This document shows, piece by piece, positions 51,918 to 63,887 of a DNA stretch of 64,000 nt. Where the stretch lies: positions 4,870 to 68,869 of the forward strand of contig JALTZZ010000035.1 of NCBI GenBank assembly GCA_027051165.1. Reading direction: 5' to 3'. The position numbers and the translations under genes were made by a program. Origin of the DNA: an archaeon. Its GTDB lineage: Archaea; Hydrothermarchaeota; Hydrothermarchaeia; JALTZZ01. The stretch's first letter is position 1; each line of letters starts with the position of its first letter. The notes under the pieces were generated by a model. That model did no database searches and had not been told where the DNA came from. It saw nothing but the letters and a program-made list of their open reading frames with translations.

Positions 51918-52744
51918 AATATGGCATTGTAACGGAGAGATTGATATCAATAAAGGACAGAGACTTTTTAGCGGAAATAAGCATGTTTGTTACTGTAGAT
52001 AATAAAGCCGACAGTTTAGATATTGTTTTAAATCAGATCGTAAATTCTATAAAAGCTTCATCTTTTGAAGATTTTTCTGAGGCTCTTATTAATAAAGCTC
52101 ACAATTATGTAAAAAATGCAAAAGAAATAGAGGTTTCTATAAGTGCTGATATTTCATTAAAAAGAAGAACTCCTACTACAAACAGAGAACTTGAAGAAAT
52201 GTATAAGATAATTTCAAAAGCCGTTTTTAAAGATGGAAAAATAAAAAAAATGATTGGTGCAGAAGTGGTTGGCATAACCTCCTGCCCATGTGCACAAGAA
52301 GGGCTAATTGAATATTCGAGGGCAAAACTAAGGGAAAAATTTAGCGAGAGCGAAATTGATTATATAATAGCAAACATTCCAATTGCAAGCCACAATCAGA
52401 GGAATATAACAAGGGTTTTAATAGAGGTTCATGAAGGTGCTGACATAAACGTTGTTGACCTCATAGATACCATAGAAGGTTCTATGAGCTCAAGGATATA
52501 CGAAGTTCTAAAAAGAAGCGACGAGGTAGATGTTGTATTAGAAGCCCATTTAAGACCGAGATTTGTTGAGGATGTCGTAAGAAATGTTCTCATAAAAATC
52601 ATTGAAAAGTATAAAAACCTTCCAGACAACAGCTTGGTAATTGTTAGAAGCGAGAGTTTTGAAAGCATACATAAGCACAACGCCATCGCTGAGAGGGTGG
52701 CAACAATAGGTGAAATTAAGGAAGAGCTCAAAATTAAATTGTAG
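51914..52744 (+). CDS. mptA: GTP cyclohydrolase MptA (FolE2 family)
   Basis: TSCPCA, SHNQR, KR.DE, FVED.VR, ESIH.HNA. Confidence 0.9.
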   Translation: MKYGIVTERLISIKDRDFLAEISMFVTVDNKADSLDIVLNQIVNSIKASSFEDFSEALINKAHNYVKNAKEIEVSISADISLKRRTPTTNRELEEMYKIISKAVFKDGKIKKMIGAEVVGITSCPCAQEGLIEYSRAKLREKFSESEIDYIIANIPIASHNQRNITRVLIEVHEGADINVVDLIDTIEGSMSSRIYEVLKRSDEVDVVLEAHLRPRFVEDVVRNVLIKIIEKYKNLPDNSLVIVRSESFESIHKHNAIAERVATIGEIKEELKIKL

Positions 52745-52798
52745 AAAAAATAAAATTGATGTTCTTGAAAACAAAATTTAAAAAACATTATAAAATAG

Positions 52799-53479
52799 CT
52801 ATCTAACCCTTGCTTTTGCCTTGTGTATTAAGTTAAAAGCTATTTCCCAGAGAAGCCCTCTTAATTCTGGCTGTAGATTCTTATACTCCTCCTTTTCCCC
52901 ATAAATTGCTGGTTGAAGGGGTTCTACAAGAATGTCTGCAGCCCTTGTTGCTCTCTCATAGGCGTCTAACCTTCTGTCCTCGAGAGTTTCCTTAGCCCTC
53001 TTTGCGAGCTCCCTTATAGCAGGTGGAATTTCCTCTATACCCATGTTTTTCAAAATAAGTTTTGTTTTTCTGTCATCAGAGATTAACAAGTTTAAATCGG
53101 CAGTTATCTTCTCAACATCCTCAAGAACTTCCTCCTGCATCTCCTTCCACTCTACGTTCTTCTGTGCATCTCTAAGCCTGTTTATTGCATTTGATATTAT
53201 CAAATTCCTTATTACCGCTGGAACCTCCTCGCTCTCTTTTAATTTCTCAAGAATTTCTATAGCTTTTTTTATCCTTTCCTTTGCAGCTTTTTTTGTGTCT
53301 TTCAATATTTTGGAAGCTTCCTCAACCTTCTTTCTGACATAATCTGGTATGTCGTCGAGCGAGAGATTCATGTTTTTTAAGATTTTTTCCGTTTCTTTAT
53401 CTTTTCCTATAAAAACCCTTATATTATCTGCAACCAAGTTTAGCTCTCTGTTTATCAAGTCTTCTACCAACACCAACAC
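52799..53479 (-). CDS. Hypothetical protein with two UPF0147-like repeats
   Basis: IPDYVRKKVEEASKIL..ERIKKAIEIL and IPPAIRELAKRAKETL..ERATRAADIL. Confidence 0.6.
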   Translation of the reverse strand: MLVLVEDLINRELNLVADNIRVFIGKDKETEKILKNMNLSLDDIPDYVRKKVEEASKILKDTKKAAKERIKKAIEILEKLKESEEVPAVIRNLIISNAINRLRDAQKNVEWKEMQEEVLEDVEKITADLNLLISDDRKTKLILKNMGIEEIPPAIRELAKRAKETLEDRRLDAYERATRAADILVEPLQPAIYGEKEEYKNLQPELRGLLWEIAFNLIHKAKARVR

Positions 53480-53623
53480 CTCCTAAAAATAAATAGTCAT
53501 ACCTATATATTAAAGTTTTACCACATGAAAAATTCAGGGAAAGTGTAGCATCTAAAAATATTCTTTTTTAATCTTAAAACCCTATAGATGTATCGTATAT
53601 ACCATAAAAAATAAAATAAAAAA

Positions 53624-55293
<1,670 letters not shown>

Positions 55294-55432
55294 GTATACT
55301 CACCGTTTTAAAGAAAAATAAAAATTGGTATAAAAATATTTTTGAGAAAAATTAATATTTCTTACTTATTTATGTGAAAAGTGAATAAAGAATATTAAAT
55401 TTTATGAAAGTTTATGAAAATATAAAAAATTA

Positions 55433-58400
55433 TTAGCCGTTGTTCGCAAAGCCTATAAGAGTTGTCTGCTTCTTCTTTGTATAGAAAACGCTTGATATGC
55501 TGTCCTCTATTATTTGAACTCTCTGCCTCAGGTAGTCATCAAGGTTGAACTTCTCTATGAGGTCTTTCGTTAGATTGAGATACTTCTCAACAGCACCTTT
55601 TGATACCGTTAAAACGAGCTTTCCACCGCACTTCGTGCATTTCCCTATTAAAGGCACCCTCCTATACTTTGCATTGCAGTTTACGCATCTCAAGCTCTGC
55701 CTTGAGAAAGCCCTCAGGTTTCCAAGAATATCTGGCAGAAAGTGGCTCTCTATAACCTTGGTTGCTACATCCCTTTCATCAACTGCCCTAATTTTTCTCG
55801 CAAGGTCAAGCTGCAGCTTTAATTTATCGCTCATGCTTTCAAGTATTTTGTATGCTGAAACCGTATTAGCTATATTCACATCGCTTACATCGTGGGTGAA
55901 CTTTATACCGTAGTATTGCTCCTCTTTGCCAAGTCTATCGCTTACGGTTTCTATTTTTACTTCCTTTGGATGTTTGTATTCAAGGGTAGCCTCGTAAAAT
56001 TCAAGCGGATACCTGTCAACAACGTCAACGTTGTGAGCTTCGTCATCAACTTCCTTTGGGTCGAGCCTCGTTGTTATAACCAAGGGTGCATCCATTTTTC
56101 CTCCTCTCGTGCTTGGCAAGAAGTATTTAGAGAAGTTAAGCAGAGCATCCATGAGCAGAAACACGCTGTCTTCATCTCCATCGCAGTTTGATGTAACTAT
56201 ATAATCGTTTATAAGTATGTTGTGATAGCCGTTGGCATTTAGAGAATAAACAAATTCCTCTTGCGATTTAACATACTCTACACATTTAACCCTTAAAAGT
56301 CTGTGGTCTAAATATTTTTTCTGTGGTTTCACTGTCATTCTTTTTACAACTTCCTTCAAATATTTCTGTTTTCTTTCAGACAAGAAGGATATTTGTTCTT
56401 TAAACAATTCAACGTTTTCTCCTCTTATAACAAGCTTATGCTCACTACGGTTTCTTCTATTAATCCTATATATGCTGGAGAATATTCCAAACCTTAGAAG
56501 TAGGAGTTCTATATCTCTTATAAGGTCTTCATTGCAAGAAGTGCAAACAACCGTTTTTCCTTTTTTGTCTACGCTACCATCTCCGCTGAAGTATGCACTT
56601 AGAAGCCATCTAATTTTCTTTCTTGGAAGATTGAATATAAACTCTGGAAGTCTCTTTTCTCTTGCATTTCCACCAATTTTAAGTATATCTTTAAACAAAT
56701 GATATATCACTCTGTTCGAAACTGTAATCCTGCTTTCGTTTACATAGGGCTTAAATCCATCTCCAAAAACTCTTCTCAAAGAATTAATAATGTCTTGCCT
56801 TAAGTCCTCTTCACTAACAGCAAAATCAACCTGATACGTGTCGCTATCCATTCTGTAACAGCCTTCAGCAAGGAAGTATCCCAAAAGCTTCATAAAATCT
56901 TCATCTACTCTAATCCTTCTCTTTATATACGTATGATCCCTCTTAAATCCAATATAGCAATCGGGAACATCTTCTATGCAAAACTCGTTTATTTCAAGCA
57001 GTTTTAGAAGAGTGCTGAGTGATACAGAATCCCTATCGCCATAATAGTTATGTAGTGTTTTCTTATTAATTCCTAAAATATCTGCAGTTTCTTTCAATCC
57101 TCTTCTTTCCACAAGCTTTTTGACGAAGTCCTTTATTCCTCTCACCATTATTTCAGTCCATATATTCTTAAATTCCTCCCTTGAAAATTCCTTAAGCAGG
57201 TCGATTTCTATGATATCCCTCTCTTCAAAATCTATCTTTGGCTGGAGAATTAAATCTCCCTTTTTAATCTCAAAAGCTCTTTTCTTCTTAAATTTTCCAT
57301 CCTCATAAACTATTACCATGTGATCTGGAGTTGTTTCAAAACTCTTTCCAGTTTCAAGATTTATCCTAACGAGATGATCCGTTGATGGAGCTTTTATGAT
57401 TTCTTTAACATCTGTTAAAATAATTTTTCCAGTATTGTTATCAAAGGAATACACTTTTATTTCTTTTTTTGGTTTTTTCTTAATATAAACCATTTTTTCA
57501 TAGTTTTCTCCATCGTAAAGCTCTTCATAAAGCCTTTTTAGCGTTATTCTCATAGGCTTTCCATCAACATTCACGAGAACCTCAGTATCAGCTGGGAAGC
57601 AGTTTCTTCTTTTTGCGGCATGCCAGTAAGGGTGAGCAAAGCAGGCATCGGCTTTTGTATATCCTATTATTCTTCCCAAGATTGCCGCAGATGTATGAGG
57701 TGCTAAGCCTAAGATGAGGTGTCCTATCAGGTCTTCTTTTTTCTTTGCGTTGTAAAATGGTTCTAAACCGTATAGTTTTACAAGAAGCTCATCTATGAAG
57801 TTTGCCACCCTAAGAAGATATTCCATAGCTTTTTCTGGGAGAACAACGTCCTGAACCTTTAGTTCTACTATCTGCTCATCGCTGACAAGCTCTTTTCCCA
57901 AGTAATCTTTGTCATATCCAAGCTCTTTAAGCTTCTCAACGCTCACATGTATTTCCTTTGGCTTGAAGTGTGTCATAGGCACGTCGGTAGCATCGAATCT
58001 TGTTGTTCCGTCTTTAAATACATAAACCCTATGCTTAGATCTAAGAATGCCCTTTTCGAGAGGTTCTGGTATCTTATAGGCTGATGTCATTCCTATTACG
58101 CCTTTTAAATCGTTTGGAGTATTTCCAACTTTAGCTAAGGCTTTAGAAAGTATTTCCTTAAGATTTATATATCTCTTCGTGTAGAAGGCAAGCAAACCGC
58201 CACAATACTTGCACCTTTCCTCGTTGTTGCCGTTGCCTACAACTCTGCCGCACTTTAAGCATACTCTCCTTATTTCGGTGCTACCACCGCATCTCTCGCA
58301 TATCGTTAAATGGGTTATGTTTCCACAGCTTTTGCATACTCTATATGCAATATCAACCTCTATTTTAATATTTTGGGAAGCTTTTTTAATATCCCTCGCT

Positions 58401-60244
58401 CTTCCACCGTAGTTCCCTATTGGAAAGAGAACATTTACAGCTGGTTGCATCTTTCTTTCCTTCGCCTTCTCAGGTCTTCCCATCCTTGCTCCTATGTATG
58501 TTAAAGCCTTTGGTCTTATTTTTATAAAGCTGTTTACAAGTTCAAGAGAATCCTTAGCCTTTTTATAAGCTGATTCAAAAGCATCTATGCCCTTATCTAA
58601 GCCGAGAGCTTTGAAGAGAGATTTATAGTTCTTAATTACTACTTTTCCATCCCTAATTACATGCTCAACAAGGAGTTCTTCAAGAACATGCTTGCCCTCA
58701 TCGGAATATTCTAAAACTAAACCGTTTTCGCTTTTTTCTCCCTTTATAAGCCAATAAGCAAGCTTCTTTAGATCGCCTTTGCTTACCTCGTTGTAATGGT
58801 ATGTGTATCTCGGATGCATGGGAATTTTCAGCTTCTCTGCAATTTCTATAGCTTCATCTTCGCTTGGAACTATTTTTATATCTAAAAATTTTTTATACCT
58901 TTCTTTTAGGTTTTCATCTGCATTTTCAAGGGCTTTCTCAAGCTCCTGAACCCACCATTCTTCAACATAACCGCTTGGCATTAAAACATGATTATTTTCA
59001 AGAAATTCTCCGTAAGCGATTAGAATATCTCCCAAAAACAGTATTTTATCTATATCCTTTTTTATCTTCTTTGCAATCTCTAAGCTGTCTACTCTAATGA
59101 CATCACCGTTTTTAAGTCTAACAACCGGCGGCTCTATTGTGTCGCAAGGTGTTATAGCAGTGCCTTTACCGGGTCTCTCCGTTTTAAGCTGCGTTCCTAT
59201 AGCTATAAAGTTTTCAAGTATTAGCATAGTAACTGGGTGCAAGCAGGTGCTTGCAAAACCACTAACTCTGCATCTTCCATATCTAAGCCTAAAGCCCCCC
59301 TTTCTTGAAGGATGGGAGAGAACGGGTCTTCCAGCAACAATATCTTTCAAATACTTTTCGTTTGGTTTTATTTTTACCTCTTCTTCTCCTTCCTCTTCAC
59401 CTTTTTCATCTTTTTTAAGCTCATAAAGCCATTCCCATCCTTTTATGTTCAGCCTTTCAACGAATTTCAATATCTTAGGAACCTTCTGCAGAACACCTTC
59501 GGCAAGAACTAATATAGCTCCACCTCTAACCTTGTTTGTCTCTATCCTCTCTAAATCTCTATATCCGCTAACCTCGACGTTGTCCGTTGCCTCGCCGGTT
59601 ATTTCTACCGGTATATTCTTTATTGCAAATCTTATTTCATCTGCAGAAGGGAAATACTGGAGCCTTGCAACTTCGCTGTTGTATAGCTCAACCTCTTCAA
59701 CAAACCTCTCTATTTCCTCTTCTGTAGGCTTGTATCTATCTAAGCCCATGTTCTGCCTTATATAGTCAGCGGTAAGCACGGCTAAAGCTTGGGCAGAGCC
59801 ACCAGCAGAGCGTATAGGTCCAGCAAAATAAACAGCAAGATACTTTGTTTTATCAAAGTTTTCCTTTATTTTTACCTTAACTATACCTTCAAGAGGTGCA
59901 GCAACAATACCTTCTGTAAGTATTGCTAAAGCTGTTCTTAGTGCTTGTTCTGCACCTTTTTCGCTTTTATCTTTTTCAACAATTTCTTTTGCAACCTTTA
60001 GAGCAACCTCCTCCTTATCAAGCTCCTTTGAAAGCTCTCTGATTCTATTAGCAATACCCTTAGGACCGACTAAACCTTCTACACGCTCAGCCATGTCTTT
60101 AGCAAGAGGTATCTCAACACTCAAGCATGGATCAAAACCTTTTTTTCTTGCTTGCTCTGCAATTTCATAAGCCTTCGATAGATACTTTTCAAGGCTCCTG
60201 AAATACTCCTCCATATTTTCCATAAAACATAACTCTGCAGTCAA
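55433..60244 (-). CDS. polC: DNA polymerase II large subunit DP2 (PolD); intein-containing
   Basis: AGPIRSAGG, GFRLRYGR, RMGRPEKA, HAAKRRN|intein|CDGDED and C-terminal Zn finger. Confidence 0.97.
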   Translation of the reverse strand: MTAELCFMENMEEYFRSLEKYLSKAYEIAEQARKKGFDPCLSVEIPLAKDMAERVEGLVGPKGIANRIRELSKELDKEEVALKVAKEIVEKDKSEKGAEQALRTALAILTEGIVAAPLEGIVKVKIKENFDKTKYLAVYFAGPIRSAGGSAQALAVLTADYIRQNMGLDRYKPTEEEIERFVEEVELYNSEVARLQYFPSADEIRFAIKNIPVEITGEATDNVEVSGYRDLERIETNKVRGGAILVLAEGVLQKVPKILKFVERLNIKGWEWLYELKKDEKGEEEGEEEVKIKPNEKYLKDIVAGRPVLSHPSRKGGFRLRYGRCRVSGFASTCLHPVTMLILENFIAIGTQLKTERPGKGTAITPCDTIEPPVVRLKNGDVIRVDSLEIAKKIKKDIDKILFLGDILIAYGEFLENNHVLMPSGYVEEWWVQELEKALENADENLKERYKKFLDIKIVPSEDEAIEIAEKLKIPMHPRYTYHYNEVSKGDLKKLAYWLIKGEKSENGLVLEYSDEGKHVLEELLVEHVIRDGKVVIKNYKSLFKALGLDKGIDAFESAYKKAKDSLELVNSFIKIRPKALTYIGARMGRPEKAKERKMQPAVNVLFPIGNYGGRARDIKKASQNIKIEVDIAYRVCKSCGNITHLTICERCGGSTEIRRVCLKCGRVVGNGNNEERCKYCGGLLAFYTKRYINLKEILSKALAKVGNTPNDLKGVIGMTSAYKIPEPLEKGILRSKHRVYVFKDGTTRFDATDVPMTHFKPKEIHVSVEKLKELGYDKDYLGKELVSDEQIVELKVQDVVLPEKAMEYLLRVANFIDELLVKLYGLEPFYNAKKKEDLIGHLILGLAPHTSAAILGRIIGYTKADACFAHPYWHAAKRRNCFPADTEVLVNVDGKPMRITLKRLYEELYDGENYEKMVYIKKKPKKEIKVYSFDNNTGKIILTDVKEIIKAPSTDHLVRINLETGKSFETTPDHMVIVYEDGKFKKKRAFEIKKGDLILQPKIDFEERDIIEIDLLKEFSREEFKNIWTEIMVRGIKDFVKKLVERRGLKETADILGINKKTLHNYYGDRDSVSLSTLLKLLEINEFCIEDVPDCYIGFKRDHTYIKRRIRVDEDFMKLLGYFLAEGCYRMDSDTYQVDFAVSEEDLRQDIINSLRRVFGDGFKPYVNESRITVSNRVIYHLFKDILKIGGNAREKRLPEFIFNLPRKKIRWLLSAYFSGDGSVDKKGKTVVCTSCNEDLIRDIELLLLRFGIFSSIYRINRRNRSEHKLVIRGENVELFKEQISFLSERKQKYLKEVVKRMTVKPQKKYLDHRLLRVKCVEYVKSQEEFVYSLNANGYHNILINDYIVTSNCDGDEDSVFLLMDALLNFSKYFLPSTRGGKMDAPLVITTRLDPKEVDDEAHNVDVVDRYPLEFYEATLEYKHPKEVKIETVSDRLGKEEQYYGIKFTHDVSDVNIANTVSAYKILESMSDKLKLQLDLARKIRAVDERDVATKVIESHFLPDILGNLRAFSRQSLRCVNCNAKYRRVPLIGKCTKCGGKLVLTVSKGAVEKYLNLTKDLIEKFNLDDYLRQRVQIIEDSISSVFYTKKKQTTLIGFANNG
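56186..57601 (-). mobile_element. Intein (472 aa) with LAGLIDADG endonuclease in DP2
   Basis: KRRN|CFPADT...YIVTSN|CDGDED; LLGYFLAEG and LLSAYFSGDG motifs. Confidence 0.93.
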
Positions 60245-60495
60245 GTATTAAATCTTTATCCTTCCAAGTGCACGTGCGTGAGAAGACTATGGTTAAAGGT
60301 GTTGACACAACAATGAACATAATGGTATGTCTGCTCAATTTGTTACCGATATTTGGCTACCCTATGAAAACGCTTATCTTATCGGTGCTTGTAAGACCCC
60401 TTTCATGAAGTTTAAACTTCTTTAAATAGCTGCTCGAAGCTTTTGAAAACCTACGCATGCAAGCCACAACAGTTTTATAGGCTGGTTATAAATTA

Positions 60496-61464
60496 TTGAT
60501 TATGGAGGAGTATGCACTCGAGGTTGTAAGAGAATTCCTTTTAAAAAATAAAAAAGATATTGATAATATATGTAAGGAGGTTGAAAGGTTCTGCAGAATA
60601 GATGTTGACAAATTCCTCCTTCAATACGTTTTACAGCTCAATCTCAACAACTTAGACAACCTCTGTGAAGGTTGTAGCTTCTGCTGTAGAGTTCCAGACG
60701 TTGTATTAACAAGGTATGATATAGAAAGAATGTCGAGATACTTAAACATTGATAAAGAAGCCTTCATGAATAAATTTTGTATAAAAACTGATAGGTGGGT
60801 TAAATTAAAGAAGAAAAATAAAAAATGTCCTTTCCTTGAAAACGACAGATGCAAAATATATGAAGTTAGACCAACTGCATGCGTTTTCTTTCCGTTTCTT
60901 ATTGAGTCTGATGAGGAGGTTTATCTTCCAGAAGAATGTAAATCTGGTAATATATTGGCTAAAAAACTATATATGCATATAATAACTGAAATTTTAAGAA
61001 GATTTCTTATAAAAAATGAAGAGCTGAATGAAAAAGTTCTTAAACTCCTTCCTTTCGATGAAAGAATAGTTGTTCTGAAGCACATGTTTCAAACGTTTAT
61101 GAACAGTCTCCCAGACCTCTGCAGCGGCTGCTCAAAGTGCTGTGAAGCTCTCAGAATAGAGCTAACAATTTTTGATATCTACAGAATATCAAGCAAGCTT
61201 GGCGTTGAGCCAAAAGTATTCTTAGAGAAGTTCTGCGAAAAGATTGAGGGCTCCTACAACTGCTTCGTCTTAAAGAAAAAAGATAATAAATGTATATTTT
61301 TGAAAAACAAGAGATGCAGAATATACAGCAGCAGACCAGCGGTCTGCGTTATGTATCCTTTTATGGTAATAGAACAGCTTAAAAAATTTGACATAGAACT
61401 TCCAGAATACTGTATATATGGAAGAAAGGTTTTTGAAACAATTGGAATGTTTTTATCTCAATGA
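60496..61464 (+). CDS. YkgJ-family Cys-cluster protein with two tandem domains
   Basis: Two CxxCxxCC ... C.FL...C.IY..RP..C..(F/Y)PF units. Confidence 0.85.
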   Translation: MIMEEYALEVVREFLLKNKKDIDNICKEVERFCRIDVDKFLLQYVLQLNLNNLDNLCEGCSFCCRVPDVVLTRYDIERMSRYLNIDKEAFMNKFCIKTDRWVKLKKKNKKCPFLENDRCKIYEVRPTACVFFPFLIESDEEVYLPEECKSGNILAKKLYMHIITEILRRFLIKNEELNEKVLKLLPFDERIVVLKHMFQTFMNSLPDLCSGCSKCCEALRIELTIFDIYRISSKLGVEPKVFLEKFCEKIEGSYNCFVLKKKDNKCIFLKNKRCRIYSSRPAVCVMYPFMVIEQLKKFDIELPEYCIYGRKVFETIGMFLSQ

Positions 61465-62273
61465 TGCACATAGGAGTATCATCTCCAGCTGTTAAAGAAT
61501 TCGATAAGAGTGGTGTTCTCAAAGCTAATGAAGTAGAGCTTATAGAGGTTGCACTCGACAAAATAAGCTTAGATAAAGATATTGCAGAGGTCTGTTTAGA
61601 ATTAAAAGATAAATATGGAACAGTATTCACGGCACACGCCCCATACCATACTTCTCTTGTTGAAAAGCAGAGGATAAACCTTGCATACGTAAGCGAGAAG
61701 AATTTTAAGATCATGAAGAAGGTTTTCGAAACATGTAGCAGAATTGGTGCTAAATACGTCGTAACACACGGAGGAGCACTTGAAAGAGAATACGAATATT
61801 TATACGAGAAAGGAATAAGAAATTTGATAAGAAATTTAAAAAGGCTCTGTAAAGAGGCTGAAAAATATGAAATCTTCCTTGTTTTAGAAAACACACATTC
61901 AGATCAAAATTATAGAAAACTTGCAGAAACACCAAGAGAAATAAAATACATTGTCGAGACTGTGGCAAGTGAAAATTTAGTGATAAATATTGACTTCGGA
62001 CATGCAAACATATCATCGAGAACATACAATTTCAATTTTATTGATTATTTTAATCTATTATCCGATAAAATAGTATATATGCATCTCCACAACAACAATG
62101 GCAAAGAGGATATGCACTATCCTCTATTTTCTGGAAGCATTGACTATAAAGCAGTTCTACCAAGGATTGTTAAAAAACTTAAAAATTTAAGGAACATTGT
62201 TCTTGAGGTTAAATACGGTGGTAGAGAAGGAATCGTTAAGAGCATCGAAGTTATAAGGGGAACTTTACTTTAA
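61461..62273 (+). CDS. Sugar phosphate isomerase/AP endonuclease-2 TIM-barrel protein
   Basis: HAPY, H.G, LEN, D.GH, HLH.N.G..D.H, LEV. Confidence 0.85.
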   Translation: MMHIGVSSPAVKEFDKSGVLKANEVELIEVALDKISLDKDIAEVCLELKDKYGTVFTAHAPYHTSLVEKQRINLAYVSEKNFKIMKKVFETCSRIGAKYVVTHGGALEREYEYLYEKGIRNLIRNLKRLCKEAEKYEIFLVLENTHSDQNYRKLAETPREIKYIVETVASENLVINIDFGHANISSRTYNFNFIDYFNLLSDKIVYMHLHNNNGKEDMHYPLFSGSIDYKAVLPRIVKKLKNLRNIVLEVKYGGREGIVKSIEVIRGTLL

Positions 62274-62501
62274 AAATATCTCTCCCCTATAGCCGGACTT
62301 CTTAACCTTTTTTATATATTCAAGCTCCTCATAAAATTCTACAGTTTCCTTAGCCTTTTTTATTTTTTCTTTTGCAGTTTTTAAAAGCATGCTAACCCTT
62401 GCCTGAGAGACTCCCAAAATTTTTGAAATTTCATCCTGCTTATACCCAAGGGCTTCAAGTTTTAGAGCCTTTGCCTGTTTCTCTGTAAGTATGCCCACCA
62501 T
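62265..62501 (-). CDS. Small Tfx-like HTH DNA-binding protein
   Basis: LTEKQ..L...G..Q.EI...LGVSQARVS...A..KI.KA.ET. Confidence 0.8.
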   Translation of the reverse strand: MVGILTEKQAKALKLEALGYKQDEISKILGVSQARVSMLLKTAKEKIKKAKETVEFYEELEYIKKVKKSGYRGEIFLK

Positions 62502-62539
62502 TAAAAATGATTCAAAATGTAACAATTAAAAATAAATGT

Positions 62540-63823
62540 ATGGTTGCTGAAATTGAAATAAAGGAGCTCGATGAAAAAGGTCGTGGAATAGGTGAATATA
62601 AAGGCAAAAAGGTGTATGTCTATTTCGCTCTGCCCGGTGATGTTGTAAAAGTTAAAATTGTTGGTAGAAGAAAAAATTTCTTGAAGGGCAAGCTTCTTGA
62701 TATAGTTTCTGAATCCCATCTTAGAACAAAACCTTTGTGCAAACATTTTGGAAAATGCGGTGGATGCAAGCTGCAAAACATGAAGTATGAGCATCAGCTT
62801 AAGTTTAAAGCAAAGATAGTTGAATCTTCTTTTGGGCTTGATGAGGTGTCTATTATTAAGAGCAAAGATGTGTTCTTCTACAGAAATAGAATGGATTACA
62901 TAACTTATAAACAAAAAATCGGCTTAAGAGAGCCGGAGAAGTTCTATGCGGTTGTTGATATTGAAAAGTGCTACCTCCTCTCAGAGTTTGCAAACGAAGT
63001 TATAAGAATATTTAAAGATTTCATAAAAGAATATAATATTTCTACTTACGATTTAATAAAAAAAGTTGGATTTCTAAGATATTTAATAATAAGACATGCA
63101 AAGAATACTGACGAGAAAATGATAAACATTCTTACTTCAGAGGGAGAGTTTTCGCATATAGAAAAAATAGCCGAAATTTTTGATGCTGAAAGCATTATAT
63201 GGAGCACAACAGAAAGTATTGCTGATGTCTCTTACGGAGAGCCAAAAATGATTATTAAGGGAAGAGATTTCATATTTGAAAAAATTCTTAATAAAAAGTT
63301 TAAAATTGGTCCTTTTTCATTCTTCCAAACAAACACAAAGCAAGCAGAGGTTCTCTTCAGAAAGGTTATAGAACTCGCAGATTTAAGCGGCAGAGAAACT
63401 GTTGTAGATTTATACTGTGGAAGCGGCGTTATTGGGATTCTTTTATCTGAATATGCTAAAAAAGTTGTTGGTGTTGAGGTCAACGAGGAGGCGATAAAGC
63501 TCGCAACGGAAAATGCTAAGGATTTAGACAACATATCTTTTATAAAGGCGAGAGTAGAGGATGCCGTGAAAAATAAAATCGTGCAAGATGCTGACGTTGT
63601 TGTAGTCGATCCTCCGAGAGCAGGTTTGCATAAAAGTGTTGTAAAAGCATTGCTTAATATCGCACCAAAGAAGATAATATACGTTTCGTGCAATCCATCA
63701 ACTCAGGCAAGGGACTACAATCTTCTTAAGAAGGAATATGACCTCGAATATATAACCGCAGTTGATATGTTTCCGCACACACCACATGTTGAGACGGTTG
63801 CTCTTCTTACAAAAAGAAGATAA
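62540..63823 (+). CDS. rlmD: RlmD/RumA-like RNA (uracil-5)-methyltransferase
   Basis: TRAM domain, C..F..CGGC, SFFQTN, DLYCG.G, DPPRAG, YVSCNP.TQARD, DMFPHT.HVE. Confidence 0.88.
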   Translation: MVAEIEIKELDEKGRGIGEYKGKKVYVYFALPGDVVKVKIVGRRKNFLKGKLLDIVSESHLRTKPLCKHFGKCGGCKLQNMKYEHQLKFKAKIVESSFGLDEVSIIKSKDVFFYRNRMDYITYKQKIGLREPEKFYAVVDIEKCYLLSEFANEVIRIFKDFIKEYNISTYDLIKKVGFLRYLIIRHAKNTDEKMINILTSEGEFSHIEKIAEIFDAESIIWSTTESIADVSYGEPKMIIKGRDFIFEKILNKKFKIGPFSFFQTNTKQAEVLFRKVIELADLSGRETVVDLYCGSGVIGILLSEYAKKVVGVEVNEEAIKLATENAKDLDNISFIKARVEDAVKNKIVQDADVVVVDPPRAGLHKSVVKALLNIAPKKIIYVSCNPSTQARDYNLLKKEYDLEYITAVDMFPHTPHVETVALLTKRR

Positions 63824-63887
63824 AAAATAATCACTCTTATAACCTTTTTGGTTGGAACTTCTCGCTTTTAAGTTTAGAGCGAATCTT

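Noticed and set aside
55294-55432. NrpR operator upstream of amtB-glnK
   Set aside because: No GGAA-N6-TTCC; only an AT-rich imperfect palindrome (agaaa-N8-tttct) expected by chance
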